A DNA stretch of 64,000 bases from an uncultured Gammaproteobacteria bacterium (GTDB lineage Bacteria > Pseudomonadota > Gammaproteobacteria > UBA9214), in NCBI GenBank assembly GCA_963773065.1, contig CAVYZN010000011.1, positions 160,001-224,000 of the forward strand, written 5' to 3'. Both the position numbers and the translations under genes were made by a program. The notes beneath the pieces are model-generated. The model was not told the origin of the DNA. It searched no databases and saw only the letters and a program-made list of their open reading frames with translations. The first letter of the stretch is position 1. Each line of letters opens with the position of its first letter. Positions 59,870-64,000 of the stretch are shown in pieces.

Positions 59870-60670
59870 ATGAATGCAGACAATTCTTTCTTCCTCAAGA
59901 GGCTCCGACGCTTGTCGAGCGATCCAGGCTGCCGGAGAAGCCAGGTGCACTTCGTGGACAGGTCTGGTTAACCGTCCAGACAAACCAGGCCCAGCAACTC
60001 ATTCACGGTCGTGCGGGCACCCCCGATAAACCTGCAATCATCGGCCTGGTCGGCTTTGCCGATCGGTTGACGGGTGATCTGGCTGGCGGCGCGGCGTGAC
60101 GATCCCTATGCGGACTGGTGGCTCATCAAGGTTCATGAGGCCATCGAGGCCAACGAGACGTTTATCCACCAGCGGCAGATGGAACTGGATACATTCCTGG
60201 AACAGATGACCGGCATGGAGGCGAATGTCGCGGCGTCGCAGCACCCCTACCGGGTTCGACTGCAATTTGCCAACCCGTATGCCTACCGCGCTGCCCAGCT
60301 CGTGGCCAGCTATGACCGGCTGGTCTGCACGGCCCTGACGGCCCGCCACATCGGGCGGCTGGATGGTGCGGCGTACGTGCAGGTGCAGCAGGCTTGCGCA
60401 CGCAAGCTCCGCGCACTCTTCATGCTCCCCCAAGGCTACCGCTTGCTGAAGATCGATCGGGAAGCCGTGCGCAAGCAAACCGGCAGAAGTCACGAAGCCC
60501 GCCAGGCCATGGGCGAAGTGCCCGAGGCTATCCTGAGCGGCGAACGCCAGGCGCCGCTGGTGCCACGCAAGGTGAGCTTCCCATCTGCGGTTACCGGGCA
60601 CGTTGGCCTGCATCCCACATCACCGGCAACCCAGATGAAGACCTCCGAAGTCGAAAACCCCGACGGCTAG
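59870..60670 (+). CDS. TIGR03761/PFL_4669 (DUF1845, InrR-like) ICE protein; frameshifted N-terminus
   Basis: GALRGQVWLTVQTNQAQQLIHGR..IIGLVGFA read from the DNA, then DDPYADWWL..FANPYAYRAAQL..YDRL. Confidence 0.8.
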
Positions 60671-60751
60671 GGTGTCGGGTTTTCGCTGGCGAGTCGTCAC
60701 ACCGTTCGCATAATCCATTTCCAAGTCCGCCGCCAATGAGACCACACGTCG

Positions 60752-61093
60752 ATGGCTAAAACGAAGCCCGGGTACCGAGTCGTTGTTGTGCAACTCGATC
60801 CCCGCGTGGCGCTGGAGGCGATCCTCCTGAACCGGCTGGAACGTATTCCATTGAGCCGCCGGCAAGAGTGGCTGCGCGGACTGCTGGTGCAGGGTTTTCG
60901 TGCCGAGTGCCAGGCATTGCGCGGTGTGCCGGATGAGGCACCGCACGCCGGTCGACAACGGCATTCAGCAAACGGCTGGCGGGTGCGGCGCAAAAACCGT
61001 CGACTGCTGCGACGGGACCCCTGGTGGTTCGACAGACCGGGAATGTGGCTGCCAATACGACTAGCAAACCCTTCGCCGCCCTGGGCAAGGTGA
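60752..61093 (+). CDS. Small hypothetical protein upstream of ParM (possible ParR-like adaptor)
   Basis: Co-oriented basic ORF; RRQEWLRGLLVQGF; C-terminus probably frameshifted. Confidence 0.5.
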   Translation: MAKTKPGYRVVVVQLDPRVALEAILLNRLERIPLSRRQEWLRGLLVQGFRAECQALRGVPDEAPHAGRQRHSANGWRVRRKNRRLLRRDPWWFDRPGMWLPIRLANPSPPWAR

Positions 61094-61150
61094 TCGGGTA
61101 GGGCAGACGGCGACGTGATCGAAACGAACGAACCAGAGGACCCAAAACTT

Positions 61151-61766
61151 ATGAGCAACGTTTCCTCTATTACCCCGATTCCGGTGGGCCTCGATGATGG
61201 CTACGCCTACACCAAGGTGGCGCTCCCGGATGGACGGCTGATCGTCATTCCCTCGCGTGCTCGCATTGGGCAGTCCGGGGTGACCTGGATTGATCCGAGT
61301 CAGCAGCGCATCTTCGAGTACGAGACGGAAGAGGCAGTGTACGCGGTTGGCGCCGTCGATGGTGCACCCACCCATTTCGAGGGCTACCCGTGGTCGGGTC
61401 TCAACCGCGCCATCGTGCAACACGCGCTGCAACAGGCCGGCCTCGCGGGCCGGACGGTGCATGCCGTCTCCGGCCTGCCGGTCAGCGCCTTCTACCGCAA
61501 AAGCGGCGAACACCGGCAGGAAACCATTGCCAAAAAGCGCGACAGCCTCAAGCAGGCGGTTCGACCGCTGTCGGGTGCGCTTCCGGCCGGCATTGCCTTC
61601 CATGAGGTGATCCCGGAGGCGCTGGCCGCCTGGTATGACGATGTGATCGTCGAACAGGGCGATGGGGTCACCCTGGAGGCGGACCGTGTCGCCGTGCCGG
61701 TCGCGATCGTCGACATCGGCGGACGCACCACGGATTACGTGGTGGTCAAGAACCAGGGCATCCTCG
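61151..61766 (+). pseudogene. ParM/StbA actin-like ATPase, truncated by an IS
   Basis: Phosphate-1 VGLDDGYAYTK, GLP, PEALAA and phosphate-2 VDIGGRTTD; sequence switches to TGTGGTCAAAAAAC at 61767. Confidence 0.85.
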
Positions 61767-62487
61767 TGTGGTCAAAAAACTCATCCATATCGTGATATCA
61801 ACATCTTAACATCTGCTGTACGTGCCACAATGCCTTTGTGTCTTGCCGCAAATGAGACTTACAATTGACGAGTTATTCGAGTTGGCGGTGGGGAAATTTA
61901 TGTATTGGGCGCGCATACTGGCCTACATTACCGGGACAGTGGACCAGGAACTCCTTTTGCGTAATGAGTATCTCGTTGCTGAAAACCGGATCCTGAAAGC
62001 TCAGCTCAAAACTCGGTTGATGCTCACTGACGACGAGCGGATTACTCTCGCTGAGATCGCTCATCGCCTTGGCCGCAAAGCGCTTGCGGATGTGGCCAAT
62101 GCCGCGAAGCCGGACACCATCCTGGGCTGGTACCGGAGGCTGGTAGCACGCAAGTTCGATGGGTCCAAGTCGCGTCGCTATCCGGGCCAACCCAAAATTG
62201 ATCATGAAACCGAACAACTGGTGGTGCGTATGGCCAAAGAGAATTCGGATTGGGGGTTTGATCGCATTGTGGGCGCCATGGCGAACCTCGGCTACGGGCT
62301 GTCCGATCAAACGGTTGGCAATATTCTGCAACGCCATGGTATCCCGCCCGCGCCGGAGCGCCAGCGTTCAACAACCTGGGTAGATTTCATCCGCACACAC
62401 ATGTCTGTCCTTGCGGGGACTGACTTTTTCACGGTGGAGGTACTGACGCTGCGCGGGTTGGTTACTTACTACGTGCTGTTCTTTATT
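61767..62487 (+). mobile_element. IS remnant (IS481/IS3-superfamily, integrase-core transposase from 61900), truncated
   Basis: TGT terminus; YLVAENRILK..ENSDWGFDRIVG..TDFFTVEV..YYVLFFI, then an abrupt break after the first catalytic Asp. Confidence 0.75.
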
Positions 62488-62661
62488 GTCGATCATAAGG
62501 TTAAAACCACCGGCTTTAGCCGGTCAGCTTTAGCCTTGCTGCTTTAAGCGGAAGAGAAAGCATCGACTCTCGTTCCGCCTTGTTGTTTTGCGCGTTTAGC
62601 CGGGTGCGGTTTGACGACTTTAGTCGTCAGCACCCTGGCTGCGCTAACCCACCTACTTTAG
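62488..62661. mobile_element. Possible IS200/IS605-type end remnant
   Basis: Hairpins ACCGGC-TTTA-GCCGGT and GACGAC-TTTA-GTCGTC resemble subterminal palindromes of that family. Confidence 0.4.
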
Positions 62662-64000
62662 CCTGACTTTCGCCACTCGGCATGTTGACAGCATATAAGT
62701 GCTTGATATTGTAAGCAGGCACTCCCGAAGGTCTGTCCTACATTCGCGAACTTATTTTTGCGTCGCCTGCGTGCCGTACGCGGTAATGCGTGGCGGAGCT
62801 TGTGCCGGCAAACTCCAGTTCAGTTGCGCCAGGATGAGTTGTTGGTCCGCCTCGGGCTCGGTATAGCGGGTGAAGATCAATTCCCGTCCATCGGTGGTCG
62901 GAAAGTGCACATCCAGCAGCTGGATGGCGGCGAGTTTGTCGAGTGCTTGCCGTGGTGTGAGCCCCGGTGCGCGCTGCTTGAGTTGGTGACTGAGCGTGAC
63001 GTGCACGCAGTAGGCGAGAAACGACTGCAGGGATGCAGGAGGTAGGGCAACGCAGGGAGCAGTTGCCGAGCACACAAAGATGTGCGCCTCGATGCGGTCC
63101 TCCCGTTGATGGAAGATCGGCCGGATGGACAGTTCGCTTTTCAGATTCTTGAATGCCGCTTCGACCTCCACCAGTTGCAAGTAGAACTGCCACAGTTGTG
63201 CCGGGTCGGTGGCGGTGAGGTTGGAGCGCAGCAGGTAGCGGCCCTCGCGCTTGCGCACCGTGCGGAGCTTGGCGCGGTCGAGTTCGAAGTCGAAATCCGT
63301 GCGTTGCTTGCGGGTCTGTTTATCCGGCGCCGGTGGTAATCGCAGCGTAATCAGGCTGGCCGCTCGCCCCGCCAGGGCTTGCGCCGCGCCGAGTTTGGTG
63401 AGCAGGGTGTCGTAGCGCGGGCGCTGGCGTTGGAGCGCCTTCAATCGTGCGAGGTAGCGCCGCAGGCGCTGTTGACGCATGGCGCGCTCCTTGTGCACAC
63501 GCGACTGGCTCTTTACATACACGTAGAGATCATCGTCTTGTGGCAAGAGCTTGACCTGCACCTGATCACGCGCCTGCTGCCAGCTACAGGCCGCAAGCTC
63601 GGCCTCGAGTCGGTTCAGCCGCCCCTTCGGTGTCCCGACCAGGTACTGCGCACCGCGTTCACGCATCAGCGCCAGATGCGCTTCGGTCGGAATGCCGCGA
63701 TCCATCACCCAGATCCGCCGCGCCTTGCCGTAGAGCGTCTCAATGCGTTCCAGAAACTGCGGTAACGTCGTCGCATCCGCCGTGTTGCCCGAGAGCACCT
63801 CGTAGGTGAGCGGGAAGCCCTCCGGGGTGACAATCAGCGCAATCACCACCTGCACGCAATCCGGTCGATGATCACGCGAATACCCGTAGCGGCGCTTGTC
63901 ACCCTCGGGAAACGGCGGATCACTCTCAAAGTAGGTGCTCGTCAAGTCGTAGAGCAGCACATCGAAGGAGGCGCCGAATAAATCCTGCCAACGCTGCTGC
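62662..64000 (-). mobile_element. IS1634-family element; transposase ends at 62752, 5' part outside the window
   Basis: LLYDLTSTYFE, GYSRDHRPDCVQV, VMDRG, VEAAFKNLK..RPIFHQ..RIEAH; likely terminus CCTGACTTTCGCCAC. Confidence 0.9.
63022..63069 (-). repeat. 48-bp mini-element inserted in-frame in the IS1634 transposase
   Basis: TCGGCAACTGCTCCCTGCGTTGCCCTACCTCCTGCATCCCTGCAGTCG; 43/48 match to 11848-11894; removing it gives HIFVCFLAY. Confidence 0.88.

Larger units (their letters stand above)
49639..64000. mobile_element. Left part of a PFGI-1/ICEclc-like integrative element inserted at tRNA-Arg; right end not in the window
   Basis: Integrase next to the tRNA 3' end, xis, then ParB-like, DUF2857-like, STY4528-like and TIGR03761-like genes in the ICEclc order. 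Confidence 0.85.

Overview
Mostly core chromosome of a high-GC gammaproteobacterium (gene content and order suggest Chromatiales/Thiogranum-like; this is inference). From 6 to 49.6 kb it carries rnr-rlmB, rpsF-rpsR-DUF2232-rplI, dnaB-alr-radA, ffh-rpsP-rimM-trmD-rplS, htpG, adk, xerD-dsbC, mutS, cinA-thpR-recA-recX-alaS-lysC-csrA and tRNA-Ser/Arg. Left of a tRNA-Leu lies an ASPIC/UnbV-CRTAC1-UnbU-like operon of foreign appearance. Right of tRNA-Arg is the left end of a PFGI-1/ICEclc-like integrative element with a phage-type integrase/xis and a cI/Cro switch. Its 4-kb regulatory-replication module occurs twice in diverged copies, joined in the loop of a hairpin inside a putative intragenic origin, and it ends in a pile-up of IS elements. 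The most unusual signal is a family of 47-48 bp two-hairpin mini-elements that insert at C^T with no target duplication, nest inside one another (11.7-12.0 kb) and sit in-frame inside an IS1634 transposase (63.0 kb). Many essential genes carry single-base frameshifts, which points to unpolished long-read sequence, so frameshifts are not treated as pseudogenes. All family assignments come from motif recognition by eye; no searches were run.
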